Virus record (IMG/VR): IMGVR_UViG_3300042922_000850
Coordinates: 102,759 to 166,758 of that record
Strand: one strand, 5' to 3'
DNA from: a virus
DNA length: 64,000 nt
This document shows, one piece after another, positions 46,525 through 57,162 of this stretch. Both the position numbers and the translations under genes were made by a program. Under the pieces are notes generated by a model. It was not told the origin of the DNA. It did no database searches and saw only the letters and a list, made by a program, of their open reading frames with translations. Each line of letters starts with the position of its first letter. Positions within the stretch are counted from its first letter, which is position 1.

Positions 46525-47988
46525 TTATAATGCTGATTTCCGTATCAATGATACCACGACATTATCGTGGTATGAGCCATCATCAATGTCCACTTGAATT
46601 CCATCAAAATAAATAACATCTGTGTTTGAATCGCATACGTGGCCATCATCGTAAAAATATAAATTTCCGATATTGTGTCTGTTATCCGAAAATTCTGTTT
46701 TGACACTTTTCTTTGCCTTCTCGTTTATGTTTATTTTATCAAATTTTTGAGAAGCATTCAATACACCTAAGCTAACTATGGATTTTCTTTTGGATGAAGC
46801 TGTAATTTTATCTTTTACTTTCTTCGAATTTTTCAAAGCAATGTCGTCCAGATGCTTTAAAACATCCCTAACCAATGGACTTTCCCCATATTCAGGAGGG
46901 TATTTTGCGCCTGGCCAAATTTTTTCATTTGCAATTCTTAATTTTTGAAAGAATTTTCTTTTCTCTGTAGCATTTAGCTTCTCACCGTGAGTACCTTTTA
47001 CAAAGTGGTCATATGAGTGAGGAAGTTGATTTACTCTGTACCTCTCAATCAAATCAAGATAAGGGGAGATAAAGAAATCTGTGTATGCAAGCTTAATCAT
47101 CTTGAGGTAGTTTGTTACCATATCTAACACATTGGTATCATTTGTAATGTCTGGAGGAGCCATGATTAAAAAATCAAAGCGACTAAGTGCTTTATCTCCA
47201 CGTATCGTTTCATCCCAAAACGTTTTATAGTGCCCTCTTGCAGAAGGGTAATCGATTACTTTAAATTGCCCAAAACCAACAAGGGTGTTCAACGTCTCAT
47301 TTAGATTTTTTAAAGTAGGGCCGCCGAGACCTATATATAAAAGCGTTTGGACGATATCTCGGTATTCGTTTTTCGTGATAGTGTCTACGTAAGGGGTAAA
47401 TACCCTGTTGCCAATAATTTTTTCTGGTGCTTTGTAATCGATTGCTATGTCCTTCGCAATTAATTTGCTGCCTTCTTTATAATAGCTAGCTAGATTTTTT
47501 ACCAGATAAATTTTATTATCTTTGTAGGCATAATCTACGTTTTTAATTAAGCTTTCACCGGATATTGTTTGTAGTATAAAGTCAACGATTTCATAATTCC
47601 TTTGATCCGGATTGCCTTCTCGGATTGTTGTTAAGTAGATATATTTTTTCTTACTGTCTAAGATATCTACTTTATCGGTAATCGGCATTACGTTATTCCA
47701 ATGATTAATTCTATCGAGTAGTGTCATATTGGCTAATCCGTATGTGTCAACCACCGCTTTTTCAATTAATAGGCTACTGACATCATAGACTGCTTCAGCA
47801 ACCGGAATAATTTGCATTGGAATATAATGATAGACGCCCACGCTCGGCACTGTCATATTATCGATTATTTGGTCTGCGTTCTGATACATTATTTCGAATA
47901 AGCCCTCATAAAAATCCATGAGGAATTCAAACTTATCAGAACCATAAGAAAATTCCTGATAAAAATTACTGAGATCGCTTGTCGCCAT
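46525..47988 (-). CDS. Baseplate wedge-associated protein
   Basis: Directly downstream of baseplate J-like gene; YRDIVQ...GPTLKNL. Confidence 0.55.
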   Translation of the reverse strand: MATSDLSNFYQEFSYGSDKFEFLMDFYEGLFEIMYQNADQIIDNMTVPSVGVYHYIPMQIIPVAEAVYDVSSLLIEKAVVDTYGLANMTLLDRINHWNNVMPITDKVDILDSKKKYIYLTTIREGNPDQRNYEIVDFILQTISGESLIKNVDYAYKDNKIYLVKNLASYYKEGSKLIAKDIAIDYKAPEKIIGNRVFTPYVDTITKNEYRDIVQTLLYIGLGGPTLKNLNETLNTLVGFGQFKVIDYPSARGHYKTFWDETIRGDKALSRFDFLIMAPPDITNDTNVLDMVTNYLKMIKLAYTDFFISPYLDLIERYRVNQLPHSYDHFVKGTHGEKLNATEKRKFFQKLRIANEKIWPGAKYPPEYGESPLVRDVLKHLDDIALKNSKKVKDKITASSKRKSIVSLGVLNASQKFDKININEKAKKSVKTEFSDNRHNIGNLYFYDDGHVCDSNTDVIYFDGIQVDIDDGSYHDNVVVSLIRKSAL

Positions 47989-48004
47989 AAGACACCACCT
48001 TGCT

Positions 48005-49759
48005 TTATATTTGTGAAATATTAACCTTGTTTAATACTGGGTAGGATATTTCCGGTATTGCTAAACTTGTTGAGGATCGTGTTGTTGTCATCGGGTCACT
48101 GGCATTTGCCGGTATATAAAAACTATCTAATGGGAGTGCGATGTATTCTATATAGTCTTTAATATCGTCATCTGCAGACAACCATGTAGCGATGTCAGAT
48201 TCGTCAATACTTTCGCCCATTCCCTTGGATGCAAAGAAAGCAACGAGAGAAGATTGAATCTTTGCGAGCTTAATTTTATCCAAGGTGTATCCCGCCTTGG
48301 CCTTTATTTTCAACGCAATGTTTATATAGGCTATAGTTGCTTCTCTTGCAAGAATATCCGCTGTAACTAATCGATACTCTTCTTTATCTAAAACAGCTCC
48401 TATGCTTTTGAGTGTAAAATTAACTACGTATTTTACAGTAATAACAGACCCGTTTGGCCGATCATCAAAGTTAATTAGTTTGATTTGGCAGACTTCTTGA
48501 GTAGTTCCAACAACACCTGTTTTAATTAATTGATAATGGGTAGCCGGATCTGCAATAGCTACTCCTGCACTATCATCTAGGGATATAATTTCTTTAACAG
48601 GGATACCCAGTTCTGCGATTGTATCCCCAACAATAAAACTATCAACTTGATTTTGAGTTACCCCGTTTGCATCGGTATAATCGTAGGCGATATATATTTT
48701 GCTATCTGACCCCGGAGTAAAACTTTGATTTCCTGTGTTGTTTAGGATTACAGCCATCTTTTGCTGGCCATTAAGAGTGTACGCTGTTTTTGATAATATT
48801 ACTGGTGTTTTAGTCGAATCTGTATCGTTGATTGCTGACACACTCGCAGAAATTATTGATGCGTAACTCTGGCCAAGTAAAAAGAAATTGGTTAACAAAG
48901 GGATTTCTGCGGTTTCTGTGGTGTAAGTATACCCTTTAACATAGATATCAACCATGCCACCTATGTGCTTGTCGACATACAATCCCGTTATTTGGTTATA
49001 CACCTGAATAATATCTCTTGTCATAAATTTATTTTTATATCCAGCGATGTAAGCATCTTCCGTTTCTTCGAAATTTTCCAGAATAAATGCCTTGTATCCT
49101 GGCTCAGTGCCTAGTTGCCTTGATATATAGAAATCTCCGATATACTTTGCATATTCGGCATTCGTTTGCTTGTCGGTTCCATTATTAACTTCAGCTTCAT
49201 TTGTAACATTCGCCAGATTTGTGTTAAACAATACTGTGCTGGCTACAATCGTATTTACCCCAACGTTATAACCAGATCCGATCTCCGTAGCTTCTACTGA
49301 GACCGGAAGATCATAATTTGAAGTGGACGAATTATAAAAAGGCAACAGCTCTTCGTACGCAAAAGTTGTACGTGTCACGGTTTGAAATTGTAAGCCCTCA
49401 TCTGTTTTGAATGTGATCCCGGCAGGTATAATAATAGTTTCTCCTTCTAAAACGTTTGCAAAGGAAAGGGTCAACGATGTCGTTGCTTTGACTCCTTGCT
49501 TTCTTTTTATGAAGTAGTTACCTTCGCCAATTCTGTCGAGTTCTTCTTCCGTCATATATTCTGCGTTTTCTAAATTCTGCATCATTTCCGCTGTGTTGAA
49601 TTTTTCAACAAATGGGATAAAAAGTTCAATTACTGGTTTTAAAAATACATCGTCAAACGAAGAATCCTCTGTTATATCGAGATTGGGATATTTCTGTTGT
49701 ATCCGGCTTATTGCATATGCTCTTACTAAACCGCTAATATCTGTTACGTTTACCGCCAT
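48005..49759 (-). CDS. Baseplate J/gp6-like wedge protein
   Basis: EELDRIG...KRKQG.KAT...IPAG..F...VEATEIGSGYNV...NGTDKQTNAEY. Confidence 0.85.
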   Translation of the reverse strand: MAVNVTDISGLVRAYAISRIQQKYPNLDITEDSSFDDVFLKPVIELFIPFVEKFNTAEMMQNLENAEYMTEEELDRIGEGNYFIKRKQGVKATTSLTLSFANVLEGETIIIPAGITFKTDEGLQFQTVTRTTFAYEELLPFYNSSTSNYDLPVSVEATEIGSGYNVGVNTIVASTVLFNTNLANVTNEAEVNNGTDKQTNAEYAKYIGDFYISRQLGTEPGYKAFILENFEETEDAYIAGYKNKFMTRDIIQVYNQITGLYVDKHIGGMVDIYVKGYTYTTETAEIPLLTNFFLLGQSYASIISASVSAINDTDSTKTPVILSKTAYTLNGQQKMAVILNNTGNQSFTPGSDSKIYIAYDYTDANGVTQNQVDSFIVGDTIAELGIPVKEIISLDDSAGVAIADPATHYQLIKTGVVGTTQEVCQIKLINFDDRPNGSVITVKYVVNFTLKSIGAVLDKEEYRLVTADILAREATIAYINIALKIKAKAGYTLDKIKLAKIQSSLVAFFASKGMGESIDESDIATWLSADDDIKDYIEYIALPLDSFYIPANASDPMTTTRSSTSLAIPEISYPVLNKVNISQI

Positions 49760-49782
49760 TATCGGTCACGCTCCTATTCTAT

Positions 49783-50529
49783 CTAGATTCCTATACCTAC
49801 TTCACTCTCTAAGCCACTTCTACTGCGAAGAGAAACTTCCGCATAAATACTTCCTGTGCCTTCGTCATATTCGATAGAGTTGATGATTATGCTTTCTAAT
49901 ATTTCGTCATCCGTTAGTTGATTTCCATCTAGTATGGATGACATTTGAAGTTCTTTGTAATAATTCGCAGCGACATAGAAAATTGACGCAACCTCGGAAC
50001 AGGTTTGATTTATGTCGTATACTGCTTTGCCCGCATAATCAGAAATCTTAGTGCCATAAGAACTACCTTCAACCTGATAAGTAAAGATCATTTTTATAAA
50101 ATCTTGCACTATCTTATTTGATCCAGTTATTGTCGTTATGTTCGTTTCCGATTGAGGCATTAGATCTACATACCATCCATTCCCAAGACACCGGGGACAA
50201 TCGTCCGATTCATATTCTGCAATATCCGGCTGAATGTAGTAGCACTCCACACAATAAGTTGTTCCCGGTACCGGTTTATTCGTTCCTGTCCACCGAATAT
50301 ATTTTGAATTAATAACATTATAGTCTGCGTCCTTATAATAAAAATGATAATTCAGGGCATCTTCATCGATGATAGTGTAAACGCTATAGATTTGTTGTAG
50401 CGTTGCCCCTGACAGGATCTCGTCATCGCTTGAAGTTGTATTCCTTGTAATCTCTAAAACACTCATGTTCTTTTTATAAGTTTCTATGATATGGTCGCAA
50501 ACATGAACAATTTGTGGTGCTAGTGACAA
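49783..50529 (-). CDS. Baseplate protein with gp25/W-like C-terminal region and CxxC
   Basis: CPRCLGNG; KIVQDFIKMIFT...YGT; upstream of J. Confidence 0.6.
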   Translation of the reverse strand: MSLAPQIVHVCDHIIETYKKNMSVLEITRNTTSSDDEILSGATLQQIYSVYTIIDEDALNYHFYYKDADYNVINSKYIRWTGTNKPVPGTTYCVECYYIQPDIAEYESDDCPRCLGNGWYVDLMPQSETNITTITGSNKIVQDFIKMIFTYQVEGSSYGTKISDYAGKAVYDINQTCSEVASIFYVAANYYKELQMSSILDGNQLTDDEILESIIINSIEYDEGTGSIYAEVSLRSRSGLESEVGIGI

Positions 50530-50534
50530 TGGGT

Positions 50535-51281
50535 TTACCCCCTTTCAACTAATAGTTGATGCATCTCATTTTCAATATCTTTCGACTGGTTACTTAATAA
50601 ATCTAAGAATTGTGCTTCGTTACAGTCACAATATTCTCTCCATGTTAATAAAACAATAGCCATTACATCCATTAAAAAATCAGTAGCTTGTAGCATACTT
50701 TTTAGCTTCATCGCTTCATTTATCATATGTTGCAATGTAAATTCATATTTATCAATGAATGTAATACCGGATGATTTTGTAAGTTCTGCCACGTGGCTAT
50801 GATTTTTAGTGACACCGGAAAAAACTTCTGTGAAGCTTGAGTTAATATGCTCCTCATAATTATATAGTGAGATTTCTTGGACCAATTCTTTTGATTTTTG
50901 TCCGCTTGTTTTAAAATTCTCCCCATATTTACTTGAGAGTATTAATTTAAGTTCTTGCATCTTCTCATTGCTTTCTCCAAAAGTACATTGAGCATTTGTA
51001 AAAATATCATCATTGATGATACTGCTTGCTTGACCGCCTCTTTGGGATAGCATATAAACAAAGGTGTTTAGTCCCACACTGGACGATAGGTGTAGTGCCG
51101 TTTCCATTTCGTCTGTTATGCGCGACAGATTAAAAAGTGTTTCCTTACACACACTATCGAGAAAATCTGCCATATTTTCAGCGTCAGCTATATCAATTAA
51201 ATATAACATTGCAACTGCATGTGAAACGCATTTTTTTGTGTAGCTTTTTCCCTGACTTTTTATGTCCTTAATAGACCCCAT
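50535..51281 (-). CDS. Hypothetical helical protein
   Basis: 248-aa ORF in block orientation with RBS. Confidence 0.65.
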   Translation of the reverse strand: MGSIKDIKSQGKSYTKKCVSHAVAMLYLIDIADAENMADFLDSVCKETLFNLSRITDEMETALHLSSSVGLNTFVYMLSQRGGQASSIINDDIFTNAQCTFGESNEKMQELKLILSSKYGENFKTSGQKSKELVQEISLYNYEEHINSSFTEVFSGVTKNHSHVAELTKSSGITFIDKYEFTLQHMINEAMKLKSMLQATDFLMDVMAIVLLTWREYCDCNEAQFLDLLSNQSKDIENEMHQLLVERG

Positions 51282-51296
51282 TTACTGCACCACCCA

Positions 51297-52187
51297 TCAC
51301 ATAAGATTTGCATCTTTCCGCATTTGATTAAATTTATCGATAACTTTTCCTGCCTCGTAATAAGTTATTCCGTTGTCGATAGAAGCACTATATAAACTAG
51401 CCGCTTTTTTTCCTTTAAATTCGCCTAGGCCATAGTAGCTACGAATAAATCTCCTCTCTTGCTTTGGTAATTTATTAATGATCTCTTCTAACTGTTGGTT
51501 TCGGAGTCCTATCTCATATGCCTCTTCCGGAGTTTCGTCATTTACATTTGTAATATCTTGCCATGTGATGAAGTCAGCGCCACTAGTATTATCTGTTCCG
51601 CCAACCTGGACATTTCCACTGAGCTCTTTTCGATCTAATACATCTATTCGCTTAATTTTCTCAGGAGTTAAAGACTTTCCTGTTCCTAACTGTGTCTTTA
51701 CAAAATTATCGATCTCATCAATAGTGGGCTGTCTACCATACTCTTTTACAAGGAAGTTCCTTGCTGTTGCTACAACCTCAGAGTGCATTGATAACTCTTC
51801 GGACTTCCTTGCCACAAAGTCTCTATTGTTATACTTGATTTTTCTTAAGACATTTGGCAATGTATCGAAGATATAAGTGCTCGGCTGAACCGGTTTTGTA
51901 AGATCAAAGTTCTTCGTGATCAATTCTTTAAAGGCTCTATTTGATTCCTGTAAAGCAGTATTATAGTCCATGACTGAAGTAAGTCCAGATTTACTGATAG
52001 AAGAGTTGATTATGTTACGGTATTTCATTTGAAGTTCTTTGAACGCCATAAAGTCGTTGTTCTGCTGCACTTTACGGATTAATTCTCGCTCTTGGATTGC
52101 TTCTGGCTTCATTCCGTTTTCCATGTTACCGAAATCACTTTTCTTTCTGGCTGCATACTTTTGTAAAATTTCTTCTGCAAAGAGCAT
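51297..52187 (-). CDS. Sigma-70 family sigma factor, SigF/SigG/SigB-like, divergent
   Basis: NFDLTKPVQPSTY (cf. KFDLTYDVRFSTY), LVKEYGRQPTIDEI (cf. LSKTLGRVPTVQEI), region 4 INKLPKQERRFIRSYYGL. Confidence 0.8.
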   Translation of the reverse strand: MLFAEEILQKYAARKKSDFGNMENGMKPEAIQERELIRKVQQNNDFMAFKELQMKYRNIINSSISKSGLTSVMDYNTALQESNRAFKELITKNFDLTKPVQPSTYIFDTLPNVLRKIKYNNRDFVARKSEELSMHSEVVATARNFLVKEYGRQPTIDEIDNFVKTQLGTGKSLTPEKIKRIDVLDRKELSGNVQVGGTDNTSGADFITWQDITNVNDETPEEAYEIGLRNQQLEEIINKLPKQERRFIRSYYGLGEFKGKKAASLYSASIDNGITYYEAGKVIDKFNQMRKDANLM

Positions 52188-52262
52188 AATTACACCTCAC
52201 TCCATAATTTATTTTAAAGTTCATTCATTGCTATTTATTATACAGTAAAAAAAGTCATTCTT

Positions 52263-53528
52263 CTACTGCTTTGCCATAATCTGTTTTACCATTTCTTCCA
52301 GCTTCTTAGGAGAACTACTTAACTCAGCATAAAATTTATCGTCATTTGTCATGGTTATCTCAAATGACGAACCGTTACAGGTAATAGTCTTTACAACGCC
52401 GTATTTCCGCTTCAGAGAGATCTTTACAGTATATCTATCCATATATGCCACCTCGCAATTTACAGCCTTTAAGCAAGACCTAGAGGTATCAGCTTTCATC
52501 AATGAAACTACAGGGTAGTCGTCTAAGTTATGTTTTAAAATTATTTCTTCTGACTTCTCCCAAAAATCTGTGATGCCGGATTCGGAAACGGAAAATGAAG
52601 AGGTTACGTCCCCACTCTCGTTAAAAGTTCGAACCCGGTAAATAATAGCTATTTGGTCAGAAGCATAAACAATGTTGCTTGAAGTGAGCTGTTCTAATTC
52701 GGACTGATCGATAACTTCCTTGTTTACGGCGCTTCCCTCTTCCACAATTATGCAAAGCTTTCTCTGATACCGGTAGCTTTCATGAACGCTTTTTTTAAAA
52801 AGAGCTATATTATCTTCTGAGAAATCTTCTTTTAGATTCTGAATACCTACGAGATAATCAAGTATCTTGTTGGTTGCATTCTCGTTTCTTTGGATTATTG
52901 TTGATTGTGTCTTTTTTGAAATGCTTTTCCCGTTGTACTTGGGGGTGGTGAGTTTCTGGCTGTATATCCTTTTTATTTTTATTAACCGTGAGGTTTGATC
53001 ATCCATTAAAATGGTTCCGGAGAATTCCTCGGTGTTTTTATCGTCATAATACTTCCCATTAGAATAAGATTGATTTAAGCCATCTTCTCCATATATCTCT
53101 GTAGAGCATAATCTTGATAAAAATATATGGTTCCCCAGAACATCCTGTTTATAACTGGAGTTTTTTACATATCGCTCCGCTTCGCCCGGTAGAATGTTCC
53201 GCACAATATAATTCTCAGACAGAGATAGTCCACCATAGACAAATCTGTGCCCGTCTGAAGATGATATAAACAGTGACATAGAGTTTTCTTCTGGCATAGT
53301 GATATTCCCTTGCTCTTCACTAAAACTGTCAAAAATCAGAGGAAGAGATTCCATGATGGTTGAAGTGTATGGAATATAAATATCTACCCGGAGATTATTA
53401 TATATTTTTTGAATTATGCACGGATATATCGCGACATTGCTTTTAGCACCTGACCCTGCATATTTTTGAATATTGTTATGAACTAATGACGATGGATTAA
53501 AATATGGATTCATCATATAAACAAACAC
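52263..53528 (-). CDS. Probable baseplate spike/gp45-like protein (N-terminal OB-fold-like)
   Basis: IIQKIY...RVDIY...GNITMPEENS..L; position after hub; weak. Confidence 0.45.
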   Translation of the reverse strand: MFVYMMNPYFNPSSLVHNNIQKYAGSGAKSNVAIYPCIIQKIYNNLRVDIYIPYTSTIMESLPLIFDSFSEEQGNITMPEENSMSLFISSSDGHRFVYGGLSLSENYIVRNILPGEAERYVKNSSYKQDVLGNHIFLSRLCSTEIYGEDGLNQSYSNGKYYDDKNTEEFSGTILMDDQTSRLIKIKRIYSQKLTTPKYNGKSISKKTQSTIIQRNENATNKILDYLVGIQNLKEDFSEDNIALFKKSVHESYRYQRKLCIIVEEGSAVNKEVIDQSELEQLTSSNIVYASDQIAIIYRVRTFNESGDVTSSFSVSESGITDFWEKSEEIILKHNLDDYPVVSLMKADTSRSCLKAVNCEVAYMDRYTVKISLKRKYGVVKTITCNGSSFEITMTNDDKFYAELSSSPKKLEEMVKQIMAKQ

Positions 53529-53549
53529 CCTCCTCGTGTATAAATAAAC

Positions 53550-54458
53550 TTAGGCCTTTTCTAAAGCTGCTCTTGTCTTTGGCCCAACAATACCATCTAT
53601 TTTTAATTTGTAGTCTTTCTGGAAAGCAAGCACAGCTGCCTTCGTTTTTGGTCCAAAATGGCCATCTACTCTGCCCAGCTTATATCCGAGGTCGGTTAAT
53701 AGTTTTTGCAGTTGCTCTACGTAACTTCCGTTATCTCCGTATTTTATATTTCTTGGCCAACGATCCATGTTGGGTTTTTTAACAACTTTGTTTATGGCGG
53801 CGCTCGTCTTTGTCTTTGCTGAAGGATGCGTAACTTTTGAGGAACTCTTCTTATGAACTGACGGTAGCGCTTCTGTTATATACATTTCCCTCATTTTTTC
53901 AATAGAACTATCAACCAAACTTTGTACTCTGATTGCCCTTGCTTTAATTAATGCCGGAGCTTTTTTATATGCGGTGTTTAATGTATTTTGAATTTCACTT
54001 AAGGTGTATTCTCCGGTAAACAATACTGTTTTCCCGATAGGAACAGTATCCCCTAAATCTCCGGGAGCGAATAATTCGCTCCCGGTATCGGAGCTTGTAG
54101 AAGTGTTATTTGATCCGGATGAAGATGTTTGGCTTGATGCCGGTGTACTGCTCTTTATAGTTTTTGAGGTAGTAACAACCGGATTGCTCACCTTAAACCT
54201 TGCATACTCTGTGTTCAAAATTGACATCGTAAACTGATTAACAGTACCAGTTACATTTAAATAATGTTTTGCTTGGAAAGCACGAACCGCTGAAGCAGTT
54301 TTTTCACCGTAAATACCGTCAACGGCGCCACACTTAAAACCAAGGGCATTAAGCATTGTCTGGACTAATTGGACTGTGTCGCCATCGTGACTTCCTTTTT
54401 TTAGTTCTGTATTTGTTATTCGCTTCGAAGTATTTGTTCCTTCCTCATAAACAACCAT
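53550..54458 (-). CDS. Protein with two PG_binding_1 domains, no evident catalytic domain
   Basis: LKKGS..DTVQLVQTMLNALG...DGIYG.KT..AV..FQ and a second copy at C-terminus; Ser/Thr linker. Confidence 0.8.
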   Translation of the reverse strand: MVVYEEGTNTSKRITNTELKKGSHDGDTVQLVQTMLNALGFKCGAVDGIYGEKTASAVRAFQAKHYLNVTGTVNQFTMSILNTEYARFKVSNPVVTTSKTIKSSTPASSQTSSSGSNNTSTSSDTGSELFAPGDLGDTVPIGKTVLFTGEYTLSEIQNTLNTAYKKAPALIKARAIRVQSLVDSSIEKMREMYITEALPSVHKKSSSKVTHPSAKTKTSAAINKVVKKPNMDRWPRNIKYGDNGSYVEQLQKLLTDLGYKLGRVDGHFGPKTKAAVLAFQKDYKLKIDGIVGPKTRAALEKA

Positions 54459-54473
54459 ATAAGTACATCTCCT

Positions 54474-57143
54474 TTATGACAATAATTCTGCTCTTGTTTT
54501 AGGGCCCACAATTCCATCGGCCTGAAGTTTCCGAACTTTCTGGAAATTAGTTACCGCAATTTCTGTCTTAGAATCAAATTTTCCTGTTGCTGATCCGGTA
54601 TAAAAACCTAGTTGGGTTAAAAGGCTCTGAACCTCTTTAACATATTTGCCTGTATTCCCTTTCCGCAAGATGGAAGTACATTCACTTAAGATAGAGTATT
54701 TTGCTAGTTTCTTTTGAGATAAAACAGCTTTGGTTTTTGGCCCAACTTTTCCATCCGGGGCAAGTCCATTTGCTTTCTGAAATCTAATAACTGCTGCCCT
54801 TGTTTCTAAGCCAAACTTTCCATCTGCCCCACTATCTCCGACGTCATACCCTAAATTTTTTAGTAATTGCTGAAGCTCAGACACATCATTTCCGCTACTC
54901 CCGCGCTGCAATGTTCCTGACCATTTATTAGGTTCTATTTTGGTGTCTGACGTATCCGATGTTTTAGTTGCTGTTTTTGTAACAGCCTTTTTCTTAACCA
55001 CCTTTTTACCATATAAATCTTGATAGTATTTTGAGGATGCAGAATTAATTAGTCCGGTGACCTCAGTTGTATCAACACCCATATGAAACTTTAATACTTT
55101 CGTTTCAAAATCAGTATAGTTAGACGCTTTCTTGCCAACGATTGGACCGAAGTTTCCATCAGTCACTTTATATCCATCGTGCATTTGGTTTACGAAGAGG
55201 TTCCCAGATTCCCCCGGTTTTAATGTTCCTATCTCAGACTTACCATCAATAAAGTCAGAGAGTGTTCGACCCATCGTTAACCCAAGATTCGTATACACTC
55301 CACCACTAGCTGAGCCTTGAAAAGAAATAGAAGACAGATAGTAAATTCTATTGATCCCCAGAGGATCCACCCATATATTAAATCCTACACGAAGCCAAGG
55401 CATCGCAATGGTCTGTAGTGTTGCAATATTCACAGTGGAATTTAAATATGACAGCATAAACTTTGCATAGTTTTTAAGCATATCATACATTGATTGCCGA
55501 TTTGTTGTTGTCGTAGAAGCAGTCGAAAATTTAATCATTGGCTGATCCACATTAAATATAGCTGGACCGAATTTTTTTTCATACTCCGTTGGCACCAACA
55601 AAGAGTCATCGCCTATTGAAATTTGATAGTTACCGAGCGATTTAGGGCTACTTGTTTCTGTTAAGTAATAAATGGGGTCGATATATCCTTTGCCACCATC
55701 TCTTACTCCGACATGTAAATGAGGACCGGTTGAATTACCAGTGTTTCCAGAATACCCCAAGAGAGCACCTTCTTCTACTGTCTGCCCAGCGGTAACTGCC
55801 CAGTTGGAAAGATGTGCATAAATTACAGTATATCCTGCGTAAGGGCCCTCAATAATTTCTATTCCAACATACCTACCAAATCCTTCATCACCTTGGTCCC
55901 CTCTCGTAACCGTACCCTTGGCTCCAATGTGATAAACCTTTGTGCCTGTGCTCATCGCCCAATCAATACCTTTGTGGATATCATTAGCGCCACGAAGCAT
56001 TCTTGGTCCGTATCCAGAGGATACGGTGTATCGGTCTAACCATGTTCCGGTATTTGCACCGGTTAAATCGCTTGGCGTCGAATATCCTACTCCTCCTCCT
56101 GCAGAGCCGGAAGCGGAAGTTGAAAAGGTTCCGTCTGTACGATAAACTGCGGTCGGAGTAATATACGACTTTGTAGATTCGCTCATATTCTCTTCATACC
56201 ATTCTAACCCGCCGGTTGCGATTACTCTGGAGTATTCGGCATCCCAATTAGTCGACTCCGTGAAATTTATAATTAGAGCTGGGTCAATAACATTGCTCTT
56301 TAAAATTGGTTCTGACCAAAATGGCGCTTTAATTCTAATCTGCCCATCGCGGTCTTGAAAGAACTCCAAAAGAACAGATTTAATTAAGTCATTCATCATC
56401 GTATAGATTGAGTTCATCATTGTAGCAGACGCGGTTACTATAAAATCTAATGCGCTTTGATCCTTGGTGTACTTAGGGTCGATGTCTGCCATATGCACAA
56501 CTCTGCCGACCGGATTATCCCATGCCGCAGCTTCCGATTGAGCGTAGAGCATATTCGCTGACATGGTGCGGTCAACAACTTCTTTCCACATCTCTTCGAT
56601 ATTTTTGCCTCTAAAATGAATGTCTCTCCACTGAGTAACAAAAGGTATTTCCTCTAAATTAATTCCCTGTGCCTTCCAGCGCATTCTGTCAGGAAAATTT
56701 AATCTACTCTCTCCTGGAATGGCGAGCGGAACTATCGTTTTATTAAACCATGTTAAGTAATCGCTAGCAGAAAAAGTGATATGCTTTTCGCCACCACTTT
56801 TTGACAGTGTTTTTGACTTGATATTCCCGTCAAAAACACTGCAGTATTTTTCAGTAAACATATTCTTTACAAAAATTCTTAGGTTGGTCATATTTTCAAG
56901 ACCATCACCAACCTCGCTAGTGTCTTGGATTGTTTGGCTCCCAACCTTTATATTCTTATTTGTGCTGTGCAAGCGGTATAAGTCTGGAAGATATATCATT
57001 TCTACAGAGGCAGATCCAATTCCACCATCCACTGCACCCTGAGTAGACCAATTGGTTACGAATTGGTCTACTCTAACGTTGTCAAAGAAAATTGCATATC
57101 CGGATGTGCCGGTTAAAGTTTTGTCGTAAATTTTCCCAGTCAT
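54474..57143 (-). CDS. Baseplate hub-like protein with M23 peptidase and two PG_binding_1 domains
   Basis: EFFQDRDGQIRIKAP hub motif; HKGID, YAHL, STGPHLH M23 motifs; two C-terminal PG-binding repeats. Confidence 0.85.
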   Translation of the reverse strand: MTGKIYDKTLTGTSGYAIFFDNVRVDQFVTNWSTQGAVDGGIGSASVEMIYLPDLYRLHSTNKNIKVGSQTIQDTSEVGDGLENMTNLRIFVKNMFTEKYCSVFDGNIKSKTLSKSGGEKHITFSASDYLTWFNKTIVPLAIPGESRLNFPDRMRWKAQGINLEEIPFVTQWRDIHFRGKNIEEMWKEVVDRTMSANMLYAQSEAAAWDNPVGRVVHMADIDPKYTKDQSALDFIVTASATMMNSIYTMMNDLIKSVLLEFFQDRDGQIRIKAPFWSEPILKSNVIDPALIINFTESTNWDAEYSRVIATGGLEWYEENMSESTKSYITPTAVYRTDGTFSTSASGSAGGGVGYSTPSDLTGANTGTWLDRYTVSSGYGPRMLRGANDIHKGIDWAMSTGTKVYHIGAKGTVTRGDQGDEGFGRYVGIEIIEGPYAGYTVIYAHLSNWAVTAGQTVEEGALLGYSGNTGNSTGPHLHVGVRDGGKGYIDPIYYLTETSSPKSLGNYQISIGDDSLLVPTEYEKKFGPAIFNVDQPMIKFSTASTTTTNRQSMYDMLKNYAKFMLSYLNSTVNIATLQTIAMPWLRVGFNIWVDPLGINRIYYLSSISFQGSASGGVYTNLGLTMGRTLSDFIDGKSEIGTLKPGESGNLFVNQMHDGYKVTDGNFGPIVGKKASNYTDFETKVLKFHMGVDTTEVTGLINSASSKYYQDLYGKKVVKKKAVTKTATKTSDTSDTKIEPNKWSGTLQRGSSGNDVSELQQLLKNLGYDVGDSGADGKFGLETRAAVIRFQKANGLAPDGKVGPKTKAVLSQKKLAKYSILSECTSILRKGNTGKYVKEVQSLLTQLGFYTGSATGKFDSKTEIAVTNFQKVRKLQADGIVGPKTRAELLS

Positions 57144-57162
57144 TATTACCCTCCCTCTTTAT

